Assembly: GCA_035276425.1 (NCBI GenBank)
Contig: DATELP010000107.1
Location: 1-59,486 of the forward strand
Length of the DNA stretch: 59,486 nucleotides
Direction: 5' to 3'
Origin: Pyrinomonadaceae bacterium
GTDB taxonomy: Bacteria > Acidobacteriota > Blastocatellia > Pyrinomonadales > Pyrinomonadaceae
Made by a program: the position numbers and the translations under genes. The notes under the pieces were generated by a model. That model had not been told where the DNA came from, made no database searches, and saw only the letters and a program-made list of their open reading frames with translations. Numbering within the stretch: the stretch's first letter is position 1; each line of letters starts with the position of its first letter. Shown piece by piece: positions 1-10,757 of the stretch.

Positions 1-1
1 G

Positions 2-1711
2 ATCCGGAAGTACATCGAATACGAGCAAACGGAAAACGATGAAGTGCAGATCGTCAGCGCCAGCGGCAGGATCGGATTCTTTCAACAGCTCACCGACAAC
101 AAGATCGTCTTACGCAAAGCTACAGAGCGGTTGACCTACTATCAACGAACAGGCCGGGACTACGACCTTCCGCCGATGAGTTCTTACCAGGCGTTTCAGA
201 TCGAACGCGGAGACACTGACACGCTCGATTACTTCGTCGACGAGTTGATCAAGCGAAACCGTTTTTTGACGCGGCCGGTGGCAACAGATCTCGTGCGAGC
301 GCGTGCGGCTAACATTATGCGCCAGGCGTCGCAATGGGTGCTGAAGACGTTAGGCACGTTGGACCAGGCAATTCGCGACGCCGCGAATCTGCCGGGACGC
401 AAGCTGCTGTTTTTTATCTCCGATGGATTTCTGGTCCATTCAAACTACACGGACATGAGCAACGCGATTAGATCGCTTGCTTCTTCGGCTGCACGCGCAG
501 GTGTTGTGATCTATTCGATCGATGCGCGCGGGTTAGTCGTCACGCTGGTTGACGATGGGACAAGCAGCGATCCGACGGGACGTTTGTTACGCGCGAGCCA
601 GGGCGAAGTGTTTGCTTTTCAGGATCCACTCAATGCGCTCGCGCAAGACAGCGGCGGCCGTGCTCTCTTCAACAACAACGATCTCTACACCGCAGTTGAG
701 AATGGTTTGAAAGAAACGTCGTTCTATTACTTGCTTGGATGGACGCCGGAACGAACCGGCGATAATCCGAACAAGTTTCGTCGCATCGAACTCGCAGTGA
801 CTGGCAGACCTGAATTAACAGTTCGCGTGCGCAAGGGATCTTTCGATCTCGAGAAACCGAAACGACAGGAAACAACAAAGGCACAACCAGTCGAAGCGCA
901 ACTGAAAGAAGCGCTCGTCACGAAAACCACAGTGCGCGAGGTTCCCGTTTCGATGGCGCTCAGTTACGTTGATACGCCTGACAAAGGTCCTTCGTTGAGT
1001 GTGTCGATGGAGATTCCAACAGAAGTGCTCTCATCAAACGTTGAGGACCAGAAGCTTCCGGCGAGTGTTGACTTCGCAGGAGCGGTATTCGATCAGGAAG
1101 GAAAGTCGACGAGTACGTTCGGTCAGAAAGTCACGCTTGGTGAAGCATTGAAGAGTGATGGTCGAAGACTCAAATACACGCACACAGTTTTCCCTCGGCC
1201 TGGTCTGTATCAGGTTCGTGTTGCTGCGCGCGATGCGCTCTCGGGCAGAGTCGGAACAGCGAAGTCGTGGATCGAGATCCCAAACCTCTCGCAAAAGAAA
1301 TTAACACTTAGCAGTATCGTTGTCGGCGAGCGCTTAGCGGCGAGTCCCGCGGAGGTAGGTGGCACACCGCGCTTGTTTTCAAATCAGACTCCGCTAAACA
1401 TCGCGCGACGCTTCAAGCCTGATTCGTTTTTGCGTTGTCTCGTTTTTGTTTACAACGCTTCACGCAGCGGATCCGATCAACTTGCTGACGTCGCGATTCA
1501 GGTGCAGGTGTTGCGCAACAACAAACCGGTCATTACCACCGCCATAAAACAAATAGCCACGCAGCCCGGTCAGGATCAGGACCGGATTCCTTATGCGAGC
1601 GAGATATCACTGCAAGGACTCGCGCCCGGTCGCTACGTCCTGAGCATCAGCGCCATCGACCGCGTGGCGAAGACGAGCGCGTCCGAGCAGACGCGTTTCG
1701 ATATTCAGTAA
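2..1711 (+). CDS. VWA (von Willebrand factor A) domain protein, acidobacterial VWFA-related type; 5' end cut by window edge
   Basis: Reading frame is open from nt 2 into the listed ORF 44..1711. KLLFFISDGF and VVIYSIDARGL resemble a VWA core. The likeness to TIGR03436-type proteins is from memory. Confidence 0.7.
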   Translation: MRKYIEYEQTENDEVQIVSASGRIGFFQQLTDNKIVLRKATERLTYYQRTGRDYDLPPMSSYQAFQIERGDTDTLDYFVDELIKRNRFLTRPVATDLVRARAANIMRQASQWVLKTLGTLDQAIRDAANLPGRKLLFFISDGFLVHSNYTDMSNAIRSLASSAARAGVVIYSIDARGLVVTLVDDGTSSDPTGRLLRASQGEVFAFQDPLNALAQDSGGRALFNNNDLYTAVENGLKETSFYYLLGWTPERTGDNPNKFRRIELAVTGRPELTVRVRKGSFDLEKPKRQETTKAQPVEAQLKEALVTKTTVREVPVSMALSYVDTPDKGPSLSVSMEIPTEVLSSNVEDQKLPASVDFAGAVFDQEGKSTSTFGQKVTLGEALKSDGRRLKYTHTVFPRPGLYQVRVAARDALSGRVGTAKSWIEIPNLSQKKLTLSSIVVGERLAASPAEVGGTPRLFSNQTPLNIARRFKPDSFLRCLVFVYNASRSGSDQLADVAIQVQVLRNNKPVITTAIKQIATQPGQDQDRIPYASEISLQGLAPGRYVLSISAIDRVAKTSASEQTRFDIQ

Positions 1712-1940
1712 CCCGGCTACTGACCCCGTCTCCGTCTCTCCAAGTAAATGGAGCAAAATCCAAATTTGTATATCTTTTGTGTGTCCCGGCTCTGAGCCGT
1801 TGTTCATATCCTTAGACAAAACGCACGTCTGATTGGTCAAACCTACGGCATATCGTTTGCTCCTCCGAAAATCGGTAAATCACGCAACAACACCCTTCAG
1901 CAGTAACCACTACAGCATGCGGAATTCCGGAGGAGCCGAT

Positions 1941-4900
1941 ATGAGGAGATTGTATCTTTCGCCACGCACCCTCTCAGCTACCCGGGCAGTCGCCTACCGC
2001 GCATTGATGGTGACCGCCGTACTAGCTTTGACCTGCTGGCTCTCTCTACCCGTAATGGGTCAATCAACGACGGGTACCCTTACGGGCCTCGTCACAGATC
2101 CACAAGGCGCCATCGTTTCGGGCGCTACCATCACTCTTATTAACAGTGCGACGAGAATCGAACTGAAATCCACTTCGAACGACTCGGGTGAATTCGTTTT
2201 CCCACAAGTGCCCCCGGGAAAATATTCACTCTCGGTTGAAGCGACCAACTTCAAGAAGGCGCTTGCTACTGATCTAACCGTCGAAGTAGGTACCACCTCC
2301 CGCACGACCGTTGTTCTTGAAGTCGGTTCAGTTACTGAACAAGTAACCATCACGGCGACTCAGGACATCGTTAACTCGACCACTCCGACGCTGACCAGCG
2401 TCATCAATACACGCCAGGTGCAAGACCTTCCGTTGCCAACGAGAAATCCTCTTGATTTGGCTGGTCTGCAACCCGGTGTCGCAGTTATTGGAGACGGTAC
2501 TCGCGGTTCATCCATCAGCGGTCTTCGTCAAACGTCAGTTCACTTGACGCAAGACGGCATCAACGCGATGGACAACTTCGTGAAGACGAGTTCGCTGTTC
2601 GCGCTCACTGCGCCGTCGTTGAACTCGACGAGTGAATTCAGTATCACCACCGGCACCAACGATTCAGGTTCCGGACGCGGCGTGGGCCAAGTGCGGCTTG
2701 TTACACGCGGTGGTACGAATGACTTTCACGGCGACGTGTTCTACCTGAACCGTAACGATTACTTCCAGGCCAACTCTTTCTTCAACAACCTGGCCGGTAC
2801 GCCAAGAGCTCGTCAGAACCAGCACTTCTTTGGTTTTGCTCTCGGTGGTCCAATGTTTGGCCCAAGGTTTGGTGAAGGTGGTCCGGCAATCTGGAACGGA
2901 CGCGATCGCGCCTTCTGGTTCTTCTCGTACGAAGGTTTCCGCGAGAACTTCTCGGCCACGCGTAATCGCACCGTGTTGACGGAACAGGCGCGAACGGGAA
3001 TCTTCCGTTACACCGGCGCGAACGGCCAGCTTACGTCAGTCAACCTGTTGACGATTGGCAACGCAGGCGCGCTGAATCCGATCACGTTGGCTCAGCTCAA
3101 CGCGATGCCGTTGCCGAATAACAACCTCAACGGTGACACGCTCAACACAGCGGGCTTCCGCTACAACGTGACCGGCAAAGACGTCAATGACAAATACGTC
3201 TTCCGTTACGATCACGTGCTGGTCCAGGATTCCGCCTGGGGTTCGCACAAACTCGAGTTTGTGTTCAACCGCGCTACGTTCAATCTCTCGCCGGATACCT
3301 TTAACGCGATCGAAGCTCCCTTCCCGGGCGGCATCGATGTGTTCCAGGCTTCGACGAGATCGTTGGCTACTATCGCGTTGCACTCGACATTCGGCAGCGT
3401 CACCAACGAACTCCGATATGGACGTCAGTGGGCTCCGGTTAACTTCCTGAGAGCCGCGCCTCCTGACAAGCCGTTCTTCACCACGTTCGCCGCTGTCACG
3501 AACTTCGACAATGTGCAAATGGGTCAAGGACGCGAAACGATCGTCACGCAGTGGATCGACAACATGGCGATTCCGAAGGGAGCGCACACGTTCCGTTTGG
3601 GTGTCGACTATCAACAGGTTTTCGCTGACACTTTCAACGACGCGGGTATCCACCCCAACGTTACTCTCGGAAGCAACACGCAGAACAGCAGCGGGATCAT
3701 CAATGGTGATTTCCCGAACCTGCCGGCCGGCGCTACGGGAAATAACATCGTGACTCGCGCGCAAAACGTTTTCGCGGACATCACGGGCTTCCTGGCCTCA
3801 GCTACCGCGACCTTCAACGTCACCACTCCGACGTCGGGATTCGTCCCGGGCGCCACTCGCTCTCGCATCTTCAAGCAACGCGACCTCGGTCTCTACGTGC
3901 AGGATCAGTGGAGAGCAAAGCCTAATCTGTCATTGAACTTCGGCGTGCGTTGGGATTACCAGGGCGTGCCGACGATTCCGAACGGCTTGGCGATTCAAGT
4001 CACCAACATCAACGATGTCTTTGGTGTCTCCGGACCGAACAATCTGTTCAATCCGAACGCTGCTCCGGGTTCCCAGGTTACCGGCCAAAAGGCGACGCTC
4101 GATTTTGTCAGCGGCGACACTGGCAAGGGCCTGTGGAATAACGACTGGAATAACTTCGCTCCCTTCTTCGGGTTTGCTTACTCGCCCGATTTCAAGGAAG
4201 GTTTTCTCGCGAAGGTATTTGGTCCAACCGGTACGAGCTCCTTCCGTGGCGGCTATTCCATCAGCTACCTGCACGATGGTTTCACCGTCGTCAGCAACGC
4301 ATTGGGTACTGGTACTACAAATCCTGGCTTGATCCAGGTTTCGTCGAATACCACACCTCAAGGCGTGCTGAGCGGAGGCGGAGTTCCATTAGTGACTCCT
4401 AGCTTCGTGATGCCGATCACCGATCGTCAGAACTTCCTGGCGAATCCAAACAACGCCTTGTGGGCAATCGAACCAAACCTGCGCATTCCATACGTGCAGC
4501 AATGGTCGTTTGGCTACGAGCGTGAGATTACTCGCAACATGGCATTTGAAATTCGCTATGCAGCCAACCACGGCGTTAAGGTTTGGCGCGCGAATAATTT
4601 CAACGAAGTTAACATCTTCGAAAACGGATTCCTCAAAGAGTTCATCAACGCGCAAAAGAACCTCGCAGCCCGCGGTGGCGCCAGCTTCGCGCCGGGTTGT
4701 GGCGGTTGCGTTGCGCTCCCGATCTTCGACAAGTTCTTTACTCAGGGTGGACTGCCGGCCGGCCAAACAACGGCTGGTCAGTATTCCAACGCAACGTCAA
4801 TCAGCAACTTGCTAAACAACAACGTCGGTACGTTGGCGAACACGTTGGCGTTCTCGACGACGTACAGACTGAATCGTGAGAACGTTGCGCTGGGTATTCC

Positions 4901-5780
4901 GGCCAACTTCTTTGCCGCGAATCCGAATGCCGCCGGCATTACCGTTCTCGGCAACGATTCATTCTCCAACTACCACTCGCTGCAAGCCGAAATCCGGCGC
5001 AGGTTCTCGGGTGGTCTCCAGTTCCAGGCTGACTACACGTTCAGCAAGGCAATGACCGACGCTCCGGGCGCGCTGGGCAACAACCAGAGCGACTTGACCT
5101 CGTTCAGAACTCTGCGCGACAAGCACCTGGATTACATGCGTTCGTCGCAGGATCAGACTCACCGCTTCGTGTTCAACTCAATCTACGACCTTCCGATCGG
5201 AAGAGGTCGCAAGTACTTGAGCAATGCGAACGGTTTCGTCGATCGCGTTGTTGGTGGTTGGACCGCGAGCTCGATCGTGGTTTGGGCGACTCGTCCACCA
5301 TGGTTCATCGCTTCGAACCGTGCGACGGTCAACCAGTTCAACGCTGCCAACAATCCTGCCGATCTCGTCGGTATGAGTTTCGAAGAGTTCAAGAGCCATT
5401 TAGGTATCTTCCGTCATCCGACGGGTATCTATTTCATCGATCCGGCTCTCTTGAACATCACGACGACGGCGTCAGGTGCGTTCCAGCAGTCCACAGCTAA
5501 AGCAGGTCTCTTCGCAGCTCCTGCTCCGGGCTTCTTCGGTAATTTCCCGATGAACTCACTAAACGGACCGCGTTACTTCAATATCGACGCGAGCCTTGTG
5601 AAGCGCATCCCGATTACTGAAACAGTCAAGGGCGAACTGAAGACGACGTTCATCAATGTTCTGAACAACCCGAACTTCGTTTACAGTGGTCAGAACTTCG
5701 ATTCGACCAGCTTCGGCCGCATCACGACGACGAGTGGAAGCCCACGCGTTATCCACTTCACGCTGAAAGTCACCTGGTAA
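1941..5780 (+). CDS. TonB-dependent outer-membrane receptor with N-terminal carboxypeptidase-regulatory-like domain
   Basis: ATG at 1941 is preceded by GGAGGAG. There is a signal-like segment, then a GTLTGLVTDPQGAIVSGATITL...PGKYSL Ig-like domain, a plug-like region and a long beta-rich body ending in an aromatic residue (..KVTW). A terminator follows. Confidence 0.85.
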   Translation: MRRLYLSPRTLSATRAVAYRALMVTAVLALTCWLSLPVMGQSTTGTLTGLVTDPQGAIVSGATITLINSATRIELKSTSNDSGEFVFPQVPPGKYSLSVEATNFKKALATDLTVEVGTTSRTTVVLEVGSVTEQVTITATQDIVNSTTPTLTSVINTRQVQDLPLPTRNPLDLAGLQPGVAVIGDGTRGSSISGLRQTSVHLTQDGINAMDNFVKTSSLFALTAPSLNSTSEFSITTGTNDSGSGRGVGQVRLVTRGGTNDFHGDVFYLNRNDYFQANSFFNNLAGTPRARQNQHFFGFALGGPMFGPRFGEGGPAIWNGRDRAFWFFSYEGFRENFSATRNRTVLTEQARTGIFRYTGANGQLTSVNLLTIGNAGALNPITLAQLNAMPLPNNNLNGDTLNTAGFRYNVTGKDVNDKYVFRYDHVLVQDSAWGSHKLEFVFNRATFNLSPDTFNAIEAPFPGGIDVFQASTRSLATIALHSTFGSVTNELRYGRQWAPVNFLRAAPPDKPFFTTFAAVTNFDNVQMGQGRETIVTQWIDNMAIPKGAHTFRLGVDYQQVFADTFNDAGIHPNVTLGSNTQNSSGIINGDFPNLPAGATGNNIVTRAQNVFADITGFLASATATFNVTTPTSGFVPGATRSRIFKQRDLGLYVQDQWRAKPNLSLNFGVRWDYQGVPTIPNGLAIQVTNINDVFGVSGPNNLFNPNAAPGSQVTGQKATLDFVSGDTGKGLWNNDWNNFAPFFGFAYSPDFKEGFLAKVFGPTGTSSFRGGYSISYLHDGFTVVSNALGTGTTNPGLIQVSSNTTPQGVLSGGGVPLVTPSFVMPITDRQNFLANPNNALWAIEPNLRIPYVQQWSFGYEREITRNMAFEIRYAANHGVKVWRANNFNEVNIFENGFLKEFINAQKNLAARGGASFAPGCGGCVALPIFDKFFTQGGLPAGQTTAGQYSNATSISNLLNNNVGTLANTLAFSTTYRLNRENVALGIPANFFAANPNAAGITVLGNDSFSNYHSLQAEIRRRFSGGLQFQADYTFSKAMTDAPGALGNNQSDLTSFRTLRDKHLDYMRSSQDQTHRFVFNSIYDLPIGRGRKYLSNANGFVDRVVGGWTASSIVVWATRPPWFIASNRATVNQFNAANNPADLVGMSFEEFKSHLGIFRHPTGIYFIDPALLNITTTASGAFQQSTAKAGLFAAPAPGFFGNFPMNSLNGPRYFNIDASLVKRIPITETVKGELKTTFINVLNNPNFVYSGQNFDSTSFGRITTTSGSPRVIHFTLKVTW

Positions 5781-5810
5781 GCAACGTAAACTGACCCAAG
5801 GTGAAACCCC

Positions 5811-5846
5811 GGGGAGCGACTCGCAAGGGTCGCTCCTCTTTTTTGT
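5811..5846 (+). terminator. Rho-independent terminator after the receptor gene
   Basis: Stem GGAGCGAC / GTCGCTCC (5813-5820 / 5829-5836) followed by TCTTTTTTG. Confidence 0.75.
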
Positions 5847-5853
5847 AGTGCCT

Positions 5854-6087
5854 CAGTTTGAACTTAGGCTTATTACGCCGAGGCGTTTGCTAATTTCAGC
5901 CCATGGGTTCGAGCATTCGCGAGAACCCTGGGAAAACAGTTCAAAATCGCGACCAAACCCTGAAAGGGTTGGCCAGTTGGCGAACCCTTTCAGGGTTCAA
6001 TGACTATTTTTATGATCTCCCAAGGTTGTCGCTGCGCTCCAACCTTGGGCTAAAACTGGCGAACGCCTTCGGCGTGATTTCAAACTG
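5854..6087. repeat. 234-bp nested pseudo-palindrome (MITE-like element or structured RNA) containing six hairpins
   Basis: Termini are CAGTTTGAA ... TTCAAACTG. The hairpins are mirror-paired: 5875-5886 with 6063-6075 (ACGCC..GGCGT), 5900-5932 with 6019-6049 (CCCAxGGTT..AACCxTGGG), and 5956-5970 with 5983-5997 (AACCCTGAAAGGGTT / AACCCTTTCAGGGTT). Confidence 0.7.
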
Positions 6088-6179
6088 ATGCACCACGCTT
6101 TTTTTGTGCTTTTTGCTCGACTGACTAGTTATACTGCTCGCGAAAGATCTGTTTGAACCTCTACGCGCCCGCTTATCGA

Positions 6180-7268
6180 ATGTCCGCAGCACTTTCGCCA
6201 AATCAACTTCCTCTTGCGCCTCTCGGCGCAGGCGATTTGATTGACCGCGCTGTCAGGTTGTATCGCCGGCATCTGCTGGTGCTGATCCGGACCGCCGCGC
6301 CGCCGGTGATAATCGCGGCCGCGGGTTGGATTGTTTTTGCACTTGCCTTTCGACGTGTGTTTCTAACGTCCGATATGGGAGATCTGTTTGTTTACGTTTT
6401 GCTCAGCATCGTTTCTTTTTGCGTGATGATGGGCGGTTATTTGTTCACGCTGGTAGTAATGGGAGGAGCAACACGTACGTTAGTGGCCCACCTGCTGCGC
6501 AACGAACCGGTTACTGCTCGTGCAACTTACGCAGCCGTGCGCGCGCGTTTTTGGGGCCTGGTGGCTGCGTCGGTGCTCGTATTCTTTTGGGTCTTCATCT
6601 CGCTCAGCGCTGTTTGGGTGGTCTGGTACATACTGGTGTTGATGGTCACGTTGCTGGTCCTCGTGGCGAGCATGATTTCCACGTGGTTGGCAGTCATCGT
6701 CGGGATCATTGTGGGTTTGGCGTCAACCGCAGCAGGTCTTTGGATGTTCTTTTTCATTGTTGGCCGGGTGGCTTATGTGCCGCAGGTAATGCTGGTCGAG
6801 GGCAAGGGCGTCTTCGAGGCGTTTAGCCGCAGTTTTTCTTTAGCTCGCGGCAACGTGCGCCGGCTGATGGCCATGACTCTGTTTACAACCTTCGGAACTT
6901 ACTCCGCGCTGATGGTCCTTTTGCTTCCGCTTGGTTGGTACGGCTATCTCAACGGAATCGATCCATTCAACTCCGCGCAGTGGCCGGCGTGGTATTCGAT
7001 CGCTAACAGCGTGCTTGGTCCGTTGAGCTCAATTCTGCTGAGTCCGGTTTGGATGCTGGGGCTTTCATTGCTTTATGTCGATGAGCGCGTGCGCCACGAG
7101 GGTTACGACATCGAATTGATGGCCGCGCGTCAGCTTGGTGAATTGCCGGATGTAAACGTCTCGTCGCCTTTGGGCACCGCGCTCTCGTCGATCGCCGGCA
7201 AAAAACAACCACCGCCTGCGCCTCCGGGACCGAGATCATCTGGTACTATTCTGAATCTCACTCAATGA
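6180..7268 (+). CDS. Polytopic membrane protein, first gene of the MoxR/DUF58-type cluster (function unknown)
   Basis: Multiple long hydrophobic segments and a conserved-looking C-terminus (YVDERVRHEGYDIELMA). ATG at 6180 lies inside the TTG-initiated ORF at 6153. Its stop overlaps the next start (ATGA). Confidence 0.7.
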   Translation: MSAALSPNQLPLAPLGAGDLIDRAVRLYRRHLLVLIRTAAPPVIIAAAGWIVFALAFRRVFLTSDMGDLFVYVLLSIVSFCVMMGGYLFTLVVMGGATRTLVAHLLRNEPVTARATYAAVRARFWGLVAASVLVFFWVFISLSAVWVVWYILVLMVTLLVLVASMISTWLAVIVGIIVGLASTAAGLWMFFFIVGRVAYVPQVMLVEGKGVFEAFSRSFSLARGNVRRLMAMTLFTTFGTYSALMVLLLPLGWYGYLNGIDPFNSAQWPAWYSIANSVLGPLSSILLSPVWMLGLSLLYVDERVRHEGYDIELMAARQLGELPDVNVSSPLGTALSSIAGKKQPPPAPPGPRSSGTILNLTQ

Positions 7269-8335
7269 TGGTGATGCTTCAGGGCCGAACCAAAATAAAC
7301 TCCCGCTTCCGTTGGTTACTCACCGCGCTTCTCTTGATTGTCCCTGCGACAGCGAGCGCCCAAACGCTGCGGCCGGAGGATTATCAAAGAGAGTTGCAGC
7401 GCGCCATTTCATCGCTCTACGATCTATACGAGATCGACGAAACCGAATACCCCGAGTCTTACCAGGACCAGTTTAACGAAACGATCGCAACGGTTCATGA
7501 AGCACTACCCGAAAAGCAGTCGGTGCAGTCGAGCGACGAAGTTTGCGAAGTCGACAATAGCTGGCTGCACGCCGACCTCGAAGAGTTCAAAAAGTTAACT
7601 CCGGAAAAACGTGTAACGCGGCTCGAGCAGATCATCGCTCGCCTTCAAGCCCTGGACCAACGAGTCGTATATCAACGCAGAGCACCAACAGAAAACGACA
7701 ACAAGGTTTTCACCAAAGGCAAACTCGAAAGCATTCTGTCGCGCCCTGAATATGTAACCCAGGAGCGTGGTCCAAACGCGCTCACGCGATTGCTCCAGGA
7801 TTTCATTCGCTGGATATCGCAGTTTCTGCCCGGACCCGTCAAGATGTCGCCGGGCCGTTCAAGCTGGATGACCGTCGTCGCTCAAGTGCTCGTGTTAATC
7901 GTCGTCCTGGCGGTCGTCTTTTACGTCATCAGGATCTTGTTCAGAAGGTTTGGCCGCAAGCGCCGCAAACGCGCGCCGAAGAAACGCAAAGCGCGTATCG
8001 TGCTCGGCGAGCAATTGAAACCGGAAGACACTTCGACCGATCTGCTCAGCGAAGCAGAAGCACTCGCGCGTCGAGGTGAACTGCGCGCCGCCATTCGCAA
8101 GGCGTACATCGCTTTACTCGTCGAACTCGGCGATCGAAAGGTGATTACGCTCGCACAGCATAAAACCAACCGCGATTATTTGAACTCAGTCAGAAACCTT
8201 TCCGTGCTCCACTCAAACATGCGGGGGCTAACGGATAGTTTCGAACGTCACTGGTACGGTCTCGACGAAGCGACTGACAACGACTGGCAAAACTTCCGTT
8301 TGCGTTACGCAGCAGCGCTGCAAAACCAAAACTGA
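7265..8335 (+). CDS. DUF4129-like domain protein (signal peptide, one TM, basic stretch, C-terminal helical domain)
   Basis: The C-terminal segment AAIRKAYIALLVELGDRKVITLAQHKTNRDYL...FERHWYG matches my recollection of DUF4129. It lies next to DUF4350 and MoxR genes. Confidence 0.65.
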   Translation: MMVMLQGRTKINSRFRWLLTALLLIVPATASAQTLRPEDYQRELQRAISSLYDLYEIDETEYPESYQDQFNETIATVHEALPEKQSVQSSDEVCEVDNSWLHADLEEFKKLTPEKRVTRLEQIIARLQALDQRVVYQRRAPTENDNKVFTKGKLESILSRPEYVTQERGPNALTRLLQDFIRWISQFLPGPVKMSPGRSSWMTVVAQVLVLIVVLAVVFYVIRILFRRFGRKRRKRAPKKRKARIVLGEQLKPEDTSTDLLSEAEALARRGELRAAIRKAYIALLVELGDRKVITLAQHKTNRDYLNSVRNLSVLHSNMRGLTDSFERHWYGLDEATDNDWQNFRLRYAAALQNQN

Positions 8336-8342
8336 TTTCACG

Positions 8343-9779
8343 ATGCGCCAGCGACTCACAATTATTCTAACCTTCATCGTGATCATCGGCGCGCTCGTGG
8401 TGATCAATACGGTCTCTTACGTCAAACAGGAAAAACTTCAGGACTCGGAGTTGTTTCCCAATCGATCCACTTATCACTCCGGACCGACCGGCACGCGCGC
8501 GCTGCACGACTTCTTGAGCGAGTCGGGTTACAAAGTGATTCGCTGGCGTGAAGCTCCGGAGAAGTTGTTGGGCCAGGGGGGTAATAAGGTCTCGACGTTT
8601 GTTGTTATCGCCCCGACTCAGTTGCCGTTCAGTGACGAACAACAAAAGGCTCTGACAGAGTGGATCAGTCGCGGTGGTTGTTTTGTCCTGGTTACACGTG
8701 AGCTTGAACTCACGCACGAGGCGCCACCGGGTAGTTGGGCCGTCACTTCAAGAACAACCGACTTTCCGAACTTCGATACCGATCCCGCCAACGGCGCCCA
8801 GATGACCGAGAACGTGACTGCGCTCAAGCCGGTTCAGCCTACCAGCCTGACGCACAACGTCGCGTCGGTGTTGCCATCGCGTTTTGCCGCGCGCATCACG
8901 CTCACTCCGGTTGATCCCCGACCTGCCAAGGCGGCTGAAAAAGCGCCCACTCCGATCCTCGGAGGATCCGCTGAAGAAGAAGACACCTCGTATCAAGATG
9001 ACGAAGAGGCCGAGCTGCGTGAAGAAGATCCACCACCTCCTGCGGCCGTTCCGGAGCCGAGCGTGCAAGAAAGGTCTATGGCGCCGGTTGTACACATCGC
9101 CGATAAAAACGGAGCGTTACTCGTCGACTATGCCTACGGTCTCGGCCGCATCGTGGTGCTGGCCGATCCCTACATCGTCACCAATGCCGGCATTCGCTCA
9201 AACGACAACTTACAACTCGCAATCAATACGCTGACGTTGTACGACGGACTGATCGCTTTTGACGAATATCATCAGGGACGCGGTGTTACCCGTAACGCGT
9301 TTGCCAGTTACTTTTCGGGCACGCCGGTGCTGGCGATAGGCGCGCAGATAGTTCTTTTGCTGCTGCTGATACTTTGGACCAACGGGCGGCGGTTCGCGCG
9401 TCCGTTACCTCTGCCGCAAGTCGATCGGCGTTCGAGTCTGGAATTCGTCGCTTCGATGGCGGAGCTCCAGGAACGTTCGCGCGCCTACGATCTGGCAATC
9501 GAAAACATCTACGGGCGCACGCGTCGAGTGCTCGCTCGACACGCGGGTCTCAATTACAACAGTTCACGTTCGGAAATCGCTTCGAGCATCGCGTCGCGTG
9601 CGAACATCGATGCTCAGCAACTGGAAACGTTGATGAAGCAATGTGAAGACACCATCAACGGTGAGCCAATCAACTGGCGGCAAGCTGTAGATCTCGTCAG
9701 ACGATTGCGTGAAGTCGAAAGAAAACTTGGCTTGCGGATGCGTTCGCGTGACGCGCGGCAAGCCGCGGAAAATATCTGA
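8343..9779 (+). CDS. DUF4350-like domain protein
   Basis: N-terminal TM, a GGCFVLV / RIVVLADPYIVTNAG pattern and a second TM near residue 340. Its position between DUF4129 and MoxR is typical of this cluster. Confidence 0.6.
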   Translation: MRQRLTIILTFIVIIGALVVINTVSYVKQEKLQDSELFPNRSTYHSGPTGTRALHDFLSESGYKVIRWREAPEKLLGQGGNKVSTFVVIAPTQLPFSDEQQKALTEWISRGGCFVLVTRELELTHEAPPGSWAVTSRTTDFPNFDTDPANGAQMTENVTALKPVQPTSLTHNVASVLPSRFAARITLTPVDPRPAKAAEKAPTPILGGSAEEEDTSYQDDEEAELREEDPPPPAAVPEPSVQERSMAPVVHIADKNGALLVDYAYGLGRIVVLADPYIVTNAGIRSNDNLQLAINTLTLYDGLIAFDEYHQGRGVTRNAFASYFSGTPVLAIGAQIVLLLLLILWTNGRRFARPLPLPQVDRRSSLEFVASMAELQERSRAYDLAIENIYGRTRRVLARHAGLNYNSSRSEIASSIASRANIDAQQLETLMKQCEDTINGEPINWRQAVDLVRRLREVERKLGLRMRSRDARQAAENI

Positions 9780-9803
9780 CGAAACGAGGTCAACAACTAA
9801 CGA

Positions 9804-10757
9804 ATGTCCGAAATCGTCTTCTCCACTGTTGCTCACATCAAAGACGAATTAGCAAAAGTCATCGTCGGCCAGAACGACGCGATCGAACAGATCCTGATCG
9901 CTTTGCTCGCGGAAGGTCACGCGCTCATCGAAGGCGTCCCGGGTACGGCGAAGACGCTGACTGTCAAAACACTCTCGCGCATCATCAACGCCGGCTTCAG
10001 TCGAATTCAGTTCACGCCCGATCTGATGCCGTCGGACATCACCGGCACGAACGTCTTCAACATCGCAAACTCCACTTTCAATCTGCGGCGCGGTCCGATC
10101 TTCACCGACATCCTGCTCGCCGACGAAATCAATCGCACACCGCCAAAGACGCAAGCCGCTTTGCTCGAGGCGATGGAAGAACGACAAGTGACGATCGATG
10201 GCGACGCCTTTCCGTTGTCGCCGATCTTCACAGTACTCGCAACTGAGAACCCGATCGAATACGAAGGAACGTATCCGTTGCCCGAAGCGCAGCTCGATCG
10301 TTTTCAGTTGAAGATACTTTTGGATTATCCGGCTGAAGACGAAGAGCGTGAAGTGTTGGCGCGTTGGGACAGTGGCTTCAACGCGAAGCGACTCGATCAA
10401 GTCGACATTCAACCGCTGGGGGATCCGAGTGCGATCCTGCAATGTCGTGCTGCCGTTTCCCAAACGCGAATGGAACTTGGCGTGCAGCACTACGCAGTCG
10501 ATCTGGTGCGGCGTACGCGCGCACATTCATTCGTTCACTACGGTGCGAGTCCGCGCGCGTCCGTCGCGTTGCTCTTATGTTCGAAAGCGCTCGCCGCGAT
10601 TCGTGGACGAGTATTCACAACTCCGGATGACGTGCGCGACGTGGCGTTGCCGGTGCTTCGTCATCGACTGACCTTGCGCGCCGAGGCGGAGCTCGACGGG
10701 GTCACTCCGGACGCCGTGATTACCGACATTTTGGGGGCGGCGGAGGTCCCTCGGTAG
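9804..10757 (+). CDS. moxR: MoxR-family AAA+ ATPase
   Basis: Walker A is GVPGTAKT and Walker B is LLADEINR. The [20 protein letters not shown] and [22 protein letters not shown] motifs are classic MoxR. Confidence 0.92.
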   Translation: MSEIVFSTVAHIKDELAKVIVGQNDAIEQILIALLAEGHALIEGVPGTAKTLTVKTLSRIINAGFSRIQFTPDLMPSDITGTNVFNIANSTFNLRRGPIFTDILLADEINRTPPKTQAALLEAMEERQVTIDGDAFPLSPIFTVLATENPIEYEGTYPLPEAQLDRFQLKILLDYPAEDEEREVLARWDSGFNAKRLDQVDIQPLGDPSAILQCRAAVSQTRMELGVQHYAVDLVRRTRAHSFVHYGASPRASVALLLCSKALAAIRGRVFTTPDDVRDVALPVLRHRLTLRAEAELDGVTPDAVITDILGAAEVPR

